A stretch of DNA of 64,000 nucleotides from Lytechinus pictus (taxonomy: Eukaryota). The notes beneath the pieces were generated by a model, which saw only the letters and a list, made by a program, of their open reading frames with translations, was not told the DNA's origin and made no database searches. Shown here piece after piece: positions 52,201 to 64,000 of this stretch; within the stretch, counting starts at the first letter, position 1, and each line of letters starts with the position of its first letter. The DNA is taken from the NCBI RefSeq assembly GCF_037042905.1, contig NC_087252.1, positions 10,046,001 to 10,110,000 on the forward strand, in the 5' to 3' direction. The translations under genes were made by a program, and so were the position numbers.

Positions 52201-55200
52201 ATGTCTCTTCTTATTTTATGTTTTATTACATTAAATTTTGTTCAAAATTTTCCTCCAAGAACTGAAATAAATGGATGGACGAATGATTTAATGCATTTAG
52301 ATATTCATTGATGCAACGCATTTTATTATATGGGAAATATATAATGCACACATGCATGGAAATGTGAAATAATTATAATTTCATGTATATAAGAAAAAAA
52401 ATGTAGTTGATGTGGCACCACAAGCCCATCTGGGCATCTAATGCATATTCATGGCAACGACCATGTAACTTTTTAAACAAATATTTTATTTTAAGCTAAG
52501 TTTTCAAATTCAATAACTTTTTATGTGCTATCAGATCATATTGACAAAATTTTCTGCATTGTGCTCGGCGAATGTCACTCTACTTTTGTACACATAATTA
52601 TTTTCAGCCTACAGTACCCCCTTTAAAGCAACTTATCACCAGGGCGAGTTTCGCCTTTCAAAATGTTATTTTGTAACTATAGAAGAATATCGAAATTCAG
52701 AACGTTGTGTGCACTTTCCTAAACGGACAGAATATCTGATAAACAGTAGACTGATTGCTCGTGTAAGAGTTAGTGCACAAACATTTTAAAGCATTTGTTA
52801 TTGGTCGTTACAAAGACAAACTCTGTGTTAATGAAATTTTGGAAAATATACAGTTTAATTTCATTAGGGTTGACTCAAATCAAAACAAATTAACTATGGT
52901 CTTTTCTATTTTTGACCTGGATCAGGATACAATATGACCAAAACAACTATTTCGGCACGATTAGAAAATCACAAAAGTGAAAAAAAAATGAAGCTGTCCA
53001 AACAGGCTTTATTTTATTACCAATCCAGGTGATATATATTTAAGTTTATACTTGAAAGATATGATACTTCGTTTTCATTTGGTGATTATGTATTCAAAAT
53101 GATGTAAATTTCCCCATTTAACATAATGGTATCGATATAATTTAAGTTCAAATATTTATATTAATACCTGCAGCGTATATTTGAATTCATATTGCGTCAT
53201 TAGTGCAGTAAACCAGTAAATGAAATAGGTGACAAATGACCCGTATTAGGTAAAAGCTTAGCGGATCATATTTTATTCAATGTGTTTTGTTGATAATAGA
53301 TACCTGATTCTACAACAAAAAATGATTTCACTATTTATGAGTACCAATTTGTAACACGAATCTCAAGTACCATCAAGGGTACAAGTTATAATGTGTGCTT
53401 TAAGTAATAACCCTTATATTCAGTAGTTTCATTGTAACGTAAGTTACACGTTAAGTAACTTAGGTTACAAGGATAACTAAGATAAGATATTATCAAATTG
53501 TACATGCGAGCTCCGAACGAAATCAAGGCTAAGAAAACTAAAAAAATATATATATATATAAATGTATTCATGTATACTCTCAACAGAGCGATTACTGTAC
53601 TGGGCCGATATCACGGAAGACAGCATCAACTTTCTGAACCTAGAGACCATGGAACACAGCTTTATCCGTATTAACAATTCAACGCAGCATGCACTTGATC
53701 TCGCTCCGTATGGCGTAGCAAAATATTTCGAGGATATTTATTTTACGGACAACAATTACAATGTACTACTTAATATTGATGTACCTGAGAATGATGTATT
53801 CCTTGTATGGGAATTGCCCACCCCAGCTGAAATTCATATCTATGTCGGTAAGGACGCCATAGATTTGTTGGTATGACGTATTTATCGCATTTGTTGTATC
53901 AACGGAAAACTTTACCAAGATTGTGATTTTTGATATAATATATTGCACAAAACAAGTGATGGTTAAGAAGTATCGTCAAAGAAGAGATCATAGTCTTATG
54001 TTAGCAAGTCTCATTCAAATGTCAATTAGGGGCTGTTACCGATACGAGCTTAGATACAAAGTTATCTAATTTTATTATCAAGATACTTTTGAAAATATAT
54101 GTCTGCATTATGCTACATAAAACTTAAATTAACAGGTTTCAGAAATTAGACGATTCTAATTCAGGTAACAATAGAAAGTTTAACCCATTTCAGTTAAAAC
54201 AAAGGGGAAGTTCACTCTGACGAAAAATTTATTGTAAAAGTAACAAAAAAAAATTACAAAATGCTGAAGGTTTGCGGAAATTTCATAAATATCAAAATAG
54301 CTTTTAAAGTTTCATTTTATTTGCCATTGATTATTCAAATGTAATTTCAATTACAACAGTGAAAAAAGGAAAATGTATGTATTTTATCTTCAGTTTAGCA
54401 ACAAATTATTTTCAATTCCACTCCTGAAAGAAAAAATAGATTTTAGTCATCATGAACTATTATATAGATGAAAATGATTTTTTTTTTTACATAACATATA
54501 GGGGAAACAGCTCGCATACGACGTCAGGAATCAAAACTTAAAATTATAATTATTGTTTAATCTTCATGGATGTTTTTTTTTTTCAAACCTTTGCCAATAT
54601 TTTTTTTCTGTTAATCTGGGATTTTTTTTTCCGAGGGTGAACTTCCCTTTTAATTTGAATGAGCTTAAATTATTGTTTTAAAAAAAATACTTCAAAAATA
54701 ACATTAAATACAACTTAGGCCTATATTGAATTTTTACTTGATATTGCAACTTGTACAACATAAAAAACGGTATTTTTCACATTTCATTATTTACTTTTGA
54801 TTTGATATATATAATATGCGTCAAGGTTAATGGTTTTTTATTGTTGGACCACACGTAAGACCAGAATGACAGACTGAATGTGGGCAACTACATATGTTAT
54901 ATTATGGATACGGAAATAAGTACAACTACTGCTCCTTCTGTTGCATCTATATAGATTATTCCTGCCCGCTGCTCAACTTATGTGCATCTACGGGCACGTG
55001 TGTTCTTTCGAACCGTCAACCGACACTCACTTATGTGTGTATTTGCGATGAAGGATACACCGGATCTCACTGTGAAATGGGTACGGAAAATAAACCAGGT
55101 CCCTTTGCATAAATGTCACTGTTACGGTAAAATTGACATCCAATAAGAACTACCATAACAACTAATCTGAACAGCCATTCGAAATCAAGGATTTTATTGA

Positions 55201-58200
55201 AGATACGATTGGATGGAAGATTTACCAAAATATTTACTTTTATGCATCGAGGGCCCCAGAATTTCCTGTTGAAGACATCTACTGTAGGTACCATCCAAAG
55301 AAAATGGAGCAAAATATCTTTATTCAGAGTAATTATTAAACGGGAAAGAGTAATGACCACATTTCAACTCAGATGATGTAACTTTAACAACTTTAGCAAC
55401 GACAAATGGAAAATGTTCCAAGAACAACATATATGATTGTACCCCCCTCCCAAAAGAAATTGTTGATACATGTAGATTCATATAGTGAAAAAAGTAAAAT
55501 GATTAAGTTTTCTCAAAAGAAGTAAAACAATGAAGTTCTGTCGAAAGGTATGTGCTTTCGAGCCGTCAGTGGAACTCATTTGTGTGTATTTGCGATGACG
55601 GATACACAAGATCTTTCTGTGATTGGGTACGGAAAATAAACCAGGCCCCGTTGCATAAATGCTACTATTATTGGAAATTGATCTCAAATAACATATCGTC
55701 ACAACTTGGACCGTATTTTTTGTAGGAGTGAAGTTGATCTAGCATCAAATAGTTCAACCAATGATTGCCTTCCACCTGATCACTCAGTGGTAGTCTGTAA
55801 CATTTAGCTTGATTAACCAGGTGACCAAGTATGTTGTTACAAGGAAGCTAAGGATTCTCGACATAGACACATTTATCCCGGAAATGTCGGCTGTGTTGTT
55901 ATAACATAACTCATAACCGTATAAACTAAGAGGTAACCTGAAATAATACTCACAAGACCTTCTCACAGTTCCCTCCACCGATACAAATACATTTGGTCAA
56001 AGAGCCTTTTCCTTTTCTACCCCTGTATTTCGGAATTCTCTACCTTTGAATATCATAGTGAAATCATCCTTCCCTATATTTAAATTTATTCTCCAAACCT
56101 ACTTATTTTCAAAATAATGTTATAGCTTTTCATTATTATGTGACTTTTATGTATTGATGTAATATGTTATAATTTGTATGACACATTCTAGGTTAAGGGT
56201 TTATGTTTAATTGATAATTCAAATAAGGTTTAATGTATAATTTGTATAATTTAGTAATTTAATATTTTTTTTAAATTAAAATTAAGTTTAATGTATAATT
56301 TGTATCATTTATTAATTTAATATTTTTAAAGCACATACAGAGTCTCTTGACTAAAATTTCAAATATTATTATTATATTTGAAGGGTATATTTCGTCTCAT
56401 TAGAATACCACACCGTGTTTGTGGGTGTGCGCGTGACATGTATCGTGGAGGGGAAAGGGGCGGCGCGTTTTTACTACGAGATGGAAATAAACATAATGTT
56501 TCCATAACTGTACTCTGAACCGCTCGACATCTCATTTGATATCAATACAGAAAGCATGACATAGCATCTCAACATAAAACGCTTTTATTCTAAAAGTGTT
56601 TATGCATAAAAATGTTGTTTAGTGTTAATTCTTCGGGCGAAAACCTCAATCTATACTCCTATTAATATTTGTAATTTCTGAAAAACTGCAAAAACACCAA
56701 GCAATCATTTTAACTTTTTGCCTTCATATCAAAGATTTTTTGTAATGTGAAATGTGAATGTCTTGTCCTGTTCTGTTCTGTTTTGTTTTTTGTTTGTGTG
56801 TTTTTTTTGTTTTTAGTATTCGTCCTGTCTTGTCCAAGTGATTGTCTGTTCACACACTCCTGAACTCATGGGGTTTTTTTTATACAGCAGGGGTATGATA
56901 TAATATTTTTTTGTTAATTGTAACATATTAGGCATAAAAAAGCTTGACCCCACTAGTATTCTTTTTCATTGTACAAACCTTTTTAATTTACGATTTTAAT
57001 GTCATTGATCAAATATATACTTTAATTTACTATTTATTGCAGGGAACCCATGCTAACAAGCTTTGCTTTCCAGTGGGTTCCCTTTTTTCATTTCTGTATA
57101 TCATATTTTTTGTGTTCTGCTATACATTGTAACTTTTGTTAAATTTTGGAATGAAAAAGAATAAATGCAAAAAATCAATTAATGATTTTTTTTCCATAAT
57201 CAATCTCAGATATAGATGATTGTAGCCCGTCTCCTTGCATGAATGGAGGGTTGTGTACAGATGGAGTAAATTCCTTTTATTGCACTTGCAGTCCTGGTTA
57301 CACTGGATCAACGTGTTCAACAGGTCAATACTTTTGTTACTGCCAATACATATTTACGTTTATACATGATATCGATTAAATGATTTACCAGTTCGAAAAG
57401 ATTTGTGAGACTCCCATTGATATTTTTTATAAGTCAATCACAGATCTTTGGAGGAGAGACCTGCGGGTCATAGTGATTCAGTTCGCTTTTCGCCTCCCAG
57501 GCACAGGTGACGCCAAACAAATAATAATAATATTTATTGATATTAATAATTAAAAAATCAACAGTTAAAGCATGTAAATTGCATTTTTTTTCATTTCGAA
57601 AACCAATCACATATAAAGATGAGTGTAGCATATCGCCTTGCATGAATGGGAGCTGTGTGCACATGGGGTAAATTCATTTATTGCACTTGCAGTCTCGGAT
57701 ACAACGGCACAACTTGCTCTTAAAAATGTTGGGCAACATACTCTCCACATAACAATTGGTCAAACTTATCAAATTCTGGGTAATTGTGTGTTTTGGGTGA
57801 AAACTACACAGTATTGGTTAAAAACTACCCCGAGGTGGATGGTTTTTTTTTACCAATTGTTGTGTAGACAGTATGTTGCCCAACATTTTAAGAGTGTGTG
57901 CTTAGTTTTGTTCTCTAAAAACCAGGAAAAGGGAACTCATGATTTTAATTGCCGGCAATAATAAAGCAAAGGGGTAATGTCGAAATATCTACAATGGCTT
58001 CCCGCGCACTTTGTTGCATCATCGCATATCCAGGATATACATTTCCGTAATCCGTGAATATTTCATTAAAATACATTTTGTAGTGAATCTAGTCAAATGT
58101 TATAATTTAACCGTGAACCAAAACATATGTGTTTCCTTCTTATTTCAGTCATCACCGATTGTGGTCCTGACAGTTGTATGAATGGTGGAACCTGTATAGA

Positions 58201-61200
58201 TGGAATAAGCTCTTACACCTGCGATTGTGTCCCTGGCTTTACTGGCACTATTTGTTCAATAGGTATGATGCTTATCGACTATCAATTTCCTGTTCTGCAT
58301 TTCATGACCTATAACATCGTCCTCATTTACGTTTATTTTTATTTAAAAAAAAACATTTAAAGGGGTAAAAAAAAATCGAAAATGTTGATCATTGCTCGGC
58401 TGAAATCTAAAATGCAAGACTGCATTTTCATTATACCTAAAGTATATTGCAATGATTGTAAAGAAATATAATGGATCAACTAAGTGAAGAAACAATAAGT
58501 TTGTCTTACATTTAAAATATGAACTGTTGTGACCCTGACAGTTGTATGAATGGTTGAACCTGTATAGACGGAATCAATTTGTATACTTGCGATTGTTTTA
58601 TCGTTTTCACTTGAAGTACTTGTTTGATAGGCATTTATCAAATGTTTCATCAGTTTCAAATTCTTAATAGTATGCATTATTCCATCAAAGAAGATTTTAC
58701 CTTATAATACAACTATTGTATAATTCATTCAGAAATAGAACAAATAATCATTGACTACAACCATGGACCTAAAAGTAATATACACGATTGCTAAACTTTC
58801 TGTATTTATATTATGCTTCAAATATACATGCATATTGCAATAAATGTAACCATATCCTATGTCTGAAGCACCATCATTTGTTTTCTTTCTTATATAACAG
58901 ATATCAACGATTGTGACCCTGACAGTTGTTTGAATGGTGGAACCTGTAGAGATGGAATAAACTCTTACACCTGCAATTGTCTTCATGGTTTCACTGGAAG
59001 TACTTGTTCGATAGGTATTTGCAAATTTGTTATCAATCTCAAATTCTAAGTTTTTTTTTATTTAAGCGAAGAAGAATCGACGTAATCATTAATGTGAGTT
59101 TTTTTTCGCGTTAGATCTTTTTTTAGCTCCTAATTTATTATGACAAAAGTAGACATTAACCCATCATCACCATCGTCATCATCAACGTCCTCAATTAACT
59201 AATAATACAACTGTCATATTGTTGAAGTAATGTGCGTAATTGCTTGACTATTTACATTCAAATATGCATGCATTTTCAATGACTGAAATCAAATACAATT
59301 GAGAAAATGAGCAAAGCAATAAGTGTTCTGTCTTTATCAAATACAGATATCAACGATTGTGACACTGACAGTTGTATGAATGGTGGCACCTGTAGAGATG
59401 AAATAAACTCTTACACCTGCGATTGTGTCACAGGATTCACAGGTTCACTTTGCTCAACAAGTAAATAATAATTCATTTCTTTATTTGTACCCCTTTTTTT
59501 CAAAATTAGTGTTGATTGGAATGAATATAGATTGTTTCTCTGGGATCTACAATATGCCATTTTAATTCCCTTTTGAAATATGTATTACAATGATTAAAAT
59601 ACGAAACATAAAGACAATAACCGTTGGGATACTAAGTCCGTCTGTCTGTCTTACATACAGATATCCACGATTGTGGCGCTGGCATTTGTACGGACGATGG
59701 AACCTGTAGAGATAGAATTAACTCTTACACCTGCGATTGCTTCCTATATATGATATTCGAAGGACTTAAAAAAATCGAACAAATAAGTAAACAATTTTGT
59801 GTTCTGTGTTATATTACAGATATCAACGATTGCGACGCTGACAGTTGTATGAATGGTGGAACCTGCAGAGATGGAATAAACTCGTACACCTGCGATTGTA
59901 TTCTTGGCTTTACTGGGAGTATTTGTTCGACAGGTATTTATATCAAATTTTTCATTATTTTATAATTATGCATTTCATGCTTTATTTAATTGTAGGAAAT
60001 TCAGTTTCGTTAATTATTGACATAATTATCCTGTTTCATTGTCTTATTATCAACAAATACACCTATGGGTTATACTGATGTTACATTTTAGTGTGTCTCA
60101 TTGCTAATCTGATTGCATTTAAATTCTCCTTTAATTACATAATAACTGAAATCAACTTTTGGTTAGCCAACAAGTATTGCACTAATTGTGTATGTTATTA
60201 ATCGCAGATATCGACGATTGTAGTTCTGAGAGTTGTCTGAACGGTGGAACCTGTAGAGATGGAATAAACTATTACACCTGCGATTGTGTTCCTGGCTTCA
60301 CTGGAAGTATTTGTTCGATAGATATTCACCAAATTTATCATTGATTTCAAATTTTAAAAAGCAAAATTCAGTCGAAAAGGATTCAACTTCAATGTCCTGT
60401 CTCATTGGGTCGTATATCTTGTCTTCTTAATAAAAGGATATATGACACAATTAAATGTACAAAGATGATATTTCCAGTATAATGCGGATCATTGCTATTC
60501 TGATTGTATTCACAATCTGCATCAGATATATATTGAACATTTTAAGCTTTCGCCTCAAGCAAGCACTAAATCACGCAATATTTTCATTTTTTACGTCTTT
60601 CATCTGAAACCCTCGATCAATCATGCAAACAGTCAAAATGCATCTCTTCAACAACACAAACAACTTTCAACGTACTGACACAACAATGAAGACACCCAAA
60701 CATTAATTTTTTTAAAACCTTCACTGTCATCTGCATGTGCAAATTTTAAAGAAATGGAGACTGGTTAGAAAACAAAGATTGTTGCAACATTTCACGTCTG
60801 ACTTTACCCTATATTCAGAGGAAATGCACATTTTATGAATACATAATCACAGCAAATGGCACAGATCATTGTAAAGAAGAAAGACAAACCTATTTGACAA
60901 TATCATTTTTTTTTTCTGCAACAAAGACAAAGAAGATAGCCCTCAAACTTCAGTTGCAGAACTTTTTTGAGTGGTTCGTGTATGACTTCCATGTTCCATA
61001 ATACTCTGAATATATATTGAGAGTTTAGAGCGTGTTTTAGCATGTGCGTATTCAAAGTGGCTTTGACAATTGCTCGTGCGATAGTTTGCGATCATTTGGT
61101 CACAATATACGTTGCACAAAATCGAAACGGTTGTAAGCAGCCGCACCACCAATCGTGAAAGGGCTTAAATCAATTTTCTTTAACTGAACTCAAATTAATG

Positions 61201-61743
61201 CTCATTGTTCTACCTCACAGATTTCAACGAGTGCAGTCCTGACAGTTGTTTGAATGATGGAACCTGTAGAGATGGATTAAACTCTTACACCTGCGATTGT
61301 GTTGCTGGCTTTACTGGGAGTATTTGTTCCATAGGTATTTGCAAAATTCCATATTATCATAATTGCACATGTCATACATTATTCAAGTAAAAGAAATTCA
61401 GCTTCATTATTTATTGCAAAATTCAGTTTCACTAGGTTGCTTACAATGACTTAAATCTTGTCTAATATAAAATTGAATAAAATAAAGAATAGATTATACA
61501 ATGTTGATATTACTCAAATCAGGTGCATCATTGCTAGACTGATTCCGCTTTTGATATTAAATCTTCTGAAATCGTATTCCATTGACTATAATACGGGATA
61601 GTATTTGTTTTTATCTTTATACATTACAGATATCAACGATTGTGACACTGACAGTTGTATGAATGGTGGAACCTGTAGAGATGGAATAAACTCTTACACC
61701 TGCGATTGTGCCCCTGGCTTTACAGACGCACTTTGCTCAACAG
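43208..61743 (+). CDS. Multi-exon gene: signal peptide + YWTD beta-propeller + EGF + tandem calcium-binding-type EGF repeats (LRP/fibropellin-like), 3' incomplete
   Basis: Exons join in frame through GT-AG sites: 43208-43274, 46004-46261, 47627-47792, 51388-51527, 53587-53847, 54955-55080, 57210-57323, 58149-58262, 58901-59014, 59347-59460, 59820-59933, 61221-61334 and 61630-61743. No stop codon is reached. Confidence 0.9.
44376..45690. mobile_element. Tc1/mariner-type MITE in intron 1
   Basis: TIRs CAGTGCGTATCAAAAAAA / TTTTTTTGATACGCACTG with a TA TSD, and an internal ~359-bp tandem duplication. Confidence 0.9.
46004..46261 (+). CDS. YWTD propeller exon (KLFMAE...VYWTD)
   Basis: Polypyrimidine-TGCAG acceptor, GTAAGT donor, and the sequence [24 protein letters not shown]. 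Confidence 0.92.
47255..47522 (-). mobile_element. 5'-truncated SINE with an (ATT)n tail
   Basis: The body resembles 1350-1669 (TTTCTTGCTTAAGGAAACACGCCATGG), with (AAT/AAC)n at 47255-47320. Confidence 0.7.
47627..47792 (+). CDS. YWTD propeller exon
   Basis: [40 protein letters not shown], with TTACAG/GT boundaries. Confidence 0.92.
50335..51060. repeat. 30-bp tandem repeat (CCAGTCCTTCTCCAACCAGTTCTGCACCAA), ~24 copies, in the Gypsy leader
   Basis: Read directly. It is built from two related 15-mers. Confidence 0.95.
51065..51082 (-). promoter_or_regulatory. Primer binding site TGGTGTCAGAAGTGGGAT (tRNA-Leu)
   Basis: Complementary to the ATCCCACTTCTGACACCA 3' end of metazoan tRNA-Leu, 2 nt from the LTR terminal CA at 51085. 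Confidence 0.88.
51388..51527 (+). CDS. YWTD propeller exon
   Basis: [34 protein letters not shown]. The phase-2 start matches the upstream exon. Confidence 0.92.
53587..53847 (+). CDS. YWTD propeller exon (YWAD, YFTD)
   Basis: RLLYWAD...[15 protein letters not shown]...PAEIHIY, with CAG/GTAAG boundaries. Confidence 0.92.
54955..55080 (+). CDS. EGF exon following the propeller
   Basis: [16 protein letters not shown]...[16 protein letters not shown], phase 1-1. Confidence 0.88.
55530..55680 (+). pseudogene. Decayed duplicate of the 54955 EGF exon and its donor flank
   Basis: TGTGTGTATTTGCGATGACGGATACAC...GGGTACGGAAAATAAACCAGG matches 55034-55120. The 5' part is eroded. Confidence 0.8.
55760..56360 (+). 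mobile_element. Old L2-type LINE 3' remnant
   Basis: [26 protein letters not shown]-like C-terminal motif followed by an AT-rich UTR. Confidence 0.6.
56740..57180 (+). mobile_element. LINE 3' UTR remnant
   Basis: GGGAACCCA...TGGGTTCCC terminal stem-loop followed by AATAAA. Confidence 0.5.
57210..57323 (+). CDS. EGF exon [38 protein letters not shown]
   Basis: 114 nt, AG/GT, six Cys. Confidence 0.92.
57611..57720 (+). pseudogene. EGF pseudo-exon
   Basis: Similar to the 57210 exon, but the acceptor is lost, there are indels, and a MITE abuts the 3' end. Confidence 0.8.
57717..57897. mobile_element. MITE, CTCTTAAAAATGTTGGGCAACATACT TIRs
   Basis: The inverted end is AGTATGTTGCCCAACATTTTAAGAG. 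Confidence 0.8.
58149..58262 (+). CDS. EGF exon [38 protein letters not shown]
   Basis: 114 nt, AG/GT. Confidence 0.9.
58518..58630 (+). pseudogene. EGF pseudo-exon
   Basis: In-frame TGA codons (GGTTGA, ACTTGA), no AG acceptor, and GC at the donor position. Confidence 0.85.
58901..59014 (+). CDS. EGF exon [38 protein letters not shown]
   Basis: 114 nt, AG/GT. Confidence 0.92.
59347..59460 (+). CDS. EGF exon [38 protein letters not shown]
   Basis: 114 nt, AG/GT. Confidence 0.88.
59661..59745 (+). pseudogene. 3'-truncated EGF pseudo-exon
   Basis: [27 protein letters not shown]. The sixth Cys and the donor are missing. Confidence 0.8.
59820..59933 (+). CDS. EGF exon [38 protein letters not shown]
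   Basis: 114 nt, AG/GT. Confidence 0.92.
60208..60321 (+). pseudogene. Coding-intact EGF exon with a mutated donor (GT>AT)
   Basis: [38 protein letters not shown] is followed by ATATTC where paralogs have GTATTT. Confidence 0.7.
61221..61334 (+). CDS. EGF exon [38 protein letters not shown]
   Basis: 114 nt, AG/GT. Confidence 0.92.
61630..61743 (+). CDS. EGF exon [38 protein letters not shown]
   Basis: 114 nt, AG/GT. Confidence 0.9.
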
Positions 61744-62444
61744 GTAAATTGTATATTTTTTCCTACCCTTTTTAGTGCTCGGTAAAATGAATATGGATTT
61801 CCTGAATCCAGTATCTTCTAACTCTCGGATCTCAACTGAACTAATATCAGTGCTAATTAGACAAATACACTTTCATCTACAGTCTGTGCGTTCCCAAGAA
61901 AAACTCTACACTTTTGAAATGGCTGTCAAATAAAAATATACATATATCACTTTGGCGAAAACACCTACTTATATGAGAGCAAATAAAGTCAACTTTCAAA
62001 TGAAACCAAAAATTGGGCACTACCCACTTAAACAAAGGGTATGAAAATAAGGCTGGGCAGGATTTAGCCCTCCAATTTCTGTCTGTTTTTGAGAGGCAAA
62101 TCCTTTGAAACTTTCAAAGTTAAGAGTGATGTGATAAATTAATTATAAATCGTGACCAGTTTTGGTTGTTTAAGCAAATTGCAAAAATTATTAAATTGAA
62201 CTTTAATGCATGAACACCAATTGCACTTTTTTGGGCAGCATTTTCACTTTATCATGTGGATCTCAGCAATGTATTCTGCGGAGTCGGGAGAGTAGGGGGT
62301 GAAATAGGACTTAGGTGGGAAAAGTAGGTTGATGGAATAAGGGTCAACAGAGCATGTAGCCCCCCCCCCCCCCTCCCCCACTTCCCTCTCTCCCGCCCTC
62401 CCCGTCCTGTTGAGAGACTGATTGATATTATATGTACGCATGAA

Positions 62445-63644
62445 CAGTGGCGTACCGTGGGTCACGGCATTGGGGGGGCACCAGCAAAAATTTTGAGTCA
62501 CTAAGTGAGCGCGCGAAGCGCGCCCAGTTGCCAGGTATACCTAATAGAGACATTTTAAGGACAGTGGCATTAAACGGATATGTCTCTCACTGGTCAAATA
62601 ATGCGAGCGCGAAGCGCGAGCTTAAAATATTTAAAATTTTTGATATTTAGACCTAAAAAGGGACATTATAATCAATCTTTTGTAATGATGATATGTACCT
62701 GTCTCGCTAAATAATGCGAGCGCGGAGCGCGAGCTGAAATTTTTGTAAATATTGACCCCCAAACAGGAAGATTTTAAGGACTATATTTTAGGAATCCATT
62801 AAGTGTATACACATCTCACCATAGTCATCTTATGCGAGTGCCAATAAGCGCTTGCTGATTTTGTTAGAATTACATCTTAACCTGCACATAAAGCACTTGT
62901 AATCATTATTAACATATTCAAATCTTGCGAGCGCGAAGCGCGAGCTGAAAATTTAGGAAATTCAGACCTGAAGAGGGGCATTTTAAGGCTTGTTTGTAGA
63001 AATTCACGAAGACCATACGTAGTTCACTAACCAAATGATGCGAGCGCGAAGCGCGAGCTGAAAATTTTTGATATTCAGATTAGAAAGAGGGACATTTAAG
63101 GACTGATTCTAGGAATTCATGGAGAGCAGACATATTTCACCAATCCACTACTGCGAACGTAAGCACGGAAAGGAAATGTTTTATTTCAAGACCTTAAAAT
63201 GGGGCAATCACTTTAAGTAGTCATGAAAAAGAAGCATAGGGCCTACTATTGTACATAAAACAATAACTCGAAGTGCGAGGAAATATATTTTGCAGTTTGG
63301 TGTATATTGACTTGAAAACGGGAGGTTTTAGTATAACAGGATTATATATCTCGGTAAACAGACAATGCGAGCACCAGGAACAATGAAGACATACATGTGT
63401 AGGCCCTGAGCGAATTATGTTTCATAAAGTTATGAAAAAAATGTTTCTTATGTAAATAACATAACATAATTATGATGAACAATTATAATGAACAATAATG
63501 TCTTCTTTCCCACTTCGTTTCTCTTCCTTACTCCCTCTTTTTCTCCTTTTCCCCGTGTTTTTTTTTTTTTTGGTCAGCCGATTGGGGGGGGGGCACGTGC
63601 CCCCCCCCCCATGCCCCCCCCCCCCCCCCGTAGTTACGCCACTG
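62445..63644 (-). mobile_element. Full-length hAT MITE family A (~1.2 kb)
   Basis: TIRs CAGTGGCGTA / TACGCCACTG. 8-bp TSD CGCATGAA at 62437-62444 and 63645-63652. It is the reverse complement of the 27564 element without its inserts. Confidence 0.93.
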
Positions 63645-64000
63645 CGCATGAAGTCTAGAGCAGAATGTTGATTTAACGATACATTCTGAAAAGTCGGGCA
63701 TCAGCTTTTACCTGTCAATAATTTAATTAATAAATCAACTCAATCAATGTGCAGTGTGATCAAACATTCATTTTTTTCAACAAATAATTATTTCATGAAT
63801 GATAACAATCAGTCAATTTCTTGGTAATCATTCAGTGAAGAACAAAAATTACTATCAGTCACCGGTCACTAGGCAGTTAAGTTTTGAATAGGCTACCATC
63901 AAGGAAGTGAGACAGAGAGAGAGAGGGAGCCGGGGAAATGGAGGTGTACATTTAACTTATAATTTGTAAAAGGGCACAAAGAAGAGGAATGCTCTTTTAA

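Overview
This is AT-rich, repeat-dense eukaryotic DNA. It has spliceosomal introns, fibropellin-type EGF exons, and hAT, Kolobok, Harbinger and Tc1-like MITEs. An echinoderm, probably a sea urchin, is the best guess, but that is an inference. The only clear host gene is on the + strand from 43208 and probably continues past the window end. It encodes a signal-peptide exon, four exons forming a six-bladed YWTD (LDLR class B) beta-propeller, one EGF exon, and then a tandem array of 114-nt phase-1 EGF exons mixed with decayed pseudo-exons. Intron 3 is almost filled by an antisense, internally deleted Gypsy element with a tRNA-Leu PBS. The first ~43 kb is a transposon graveyard: Penelope-like (PLE) and LINE relics, two local tandem duplications, a triple-nested hAT MITE stack with intact 8-bp TSDs, a Mutator-like element with a (CTAT)n core, and inverted 15-bp satellite arrays. 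The most notable signals are a type I hammerhead ribozyme whose CUGA core contains the stop codon of a PLE ORF (33615-33659, -) and a tRNA cloverleaf with a UCA (opal) anticodon carried in an insertion within a PLE relic (11529-11600). Most ORF-track entries are spurious.
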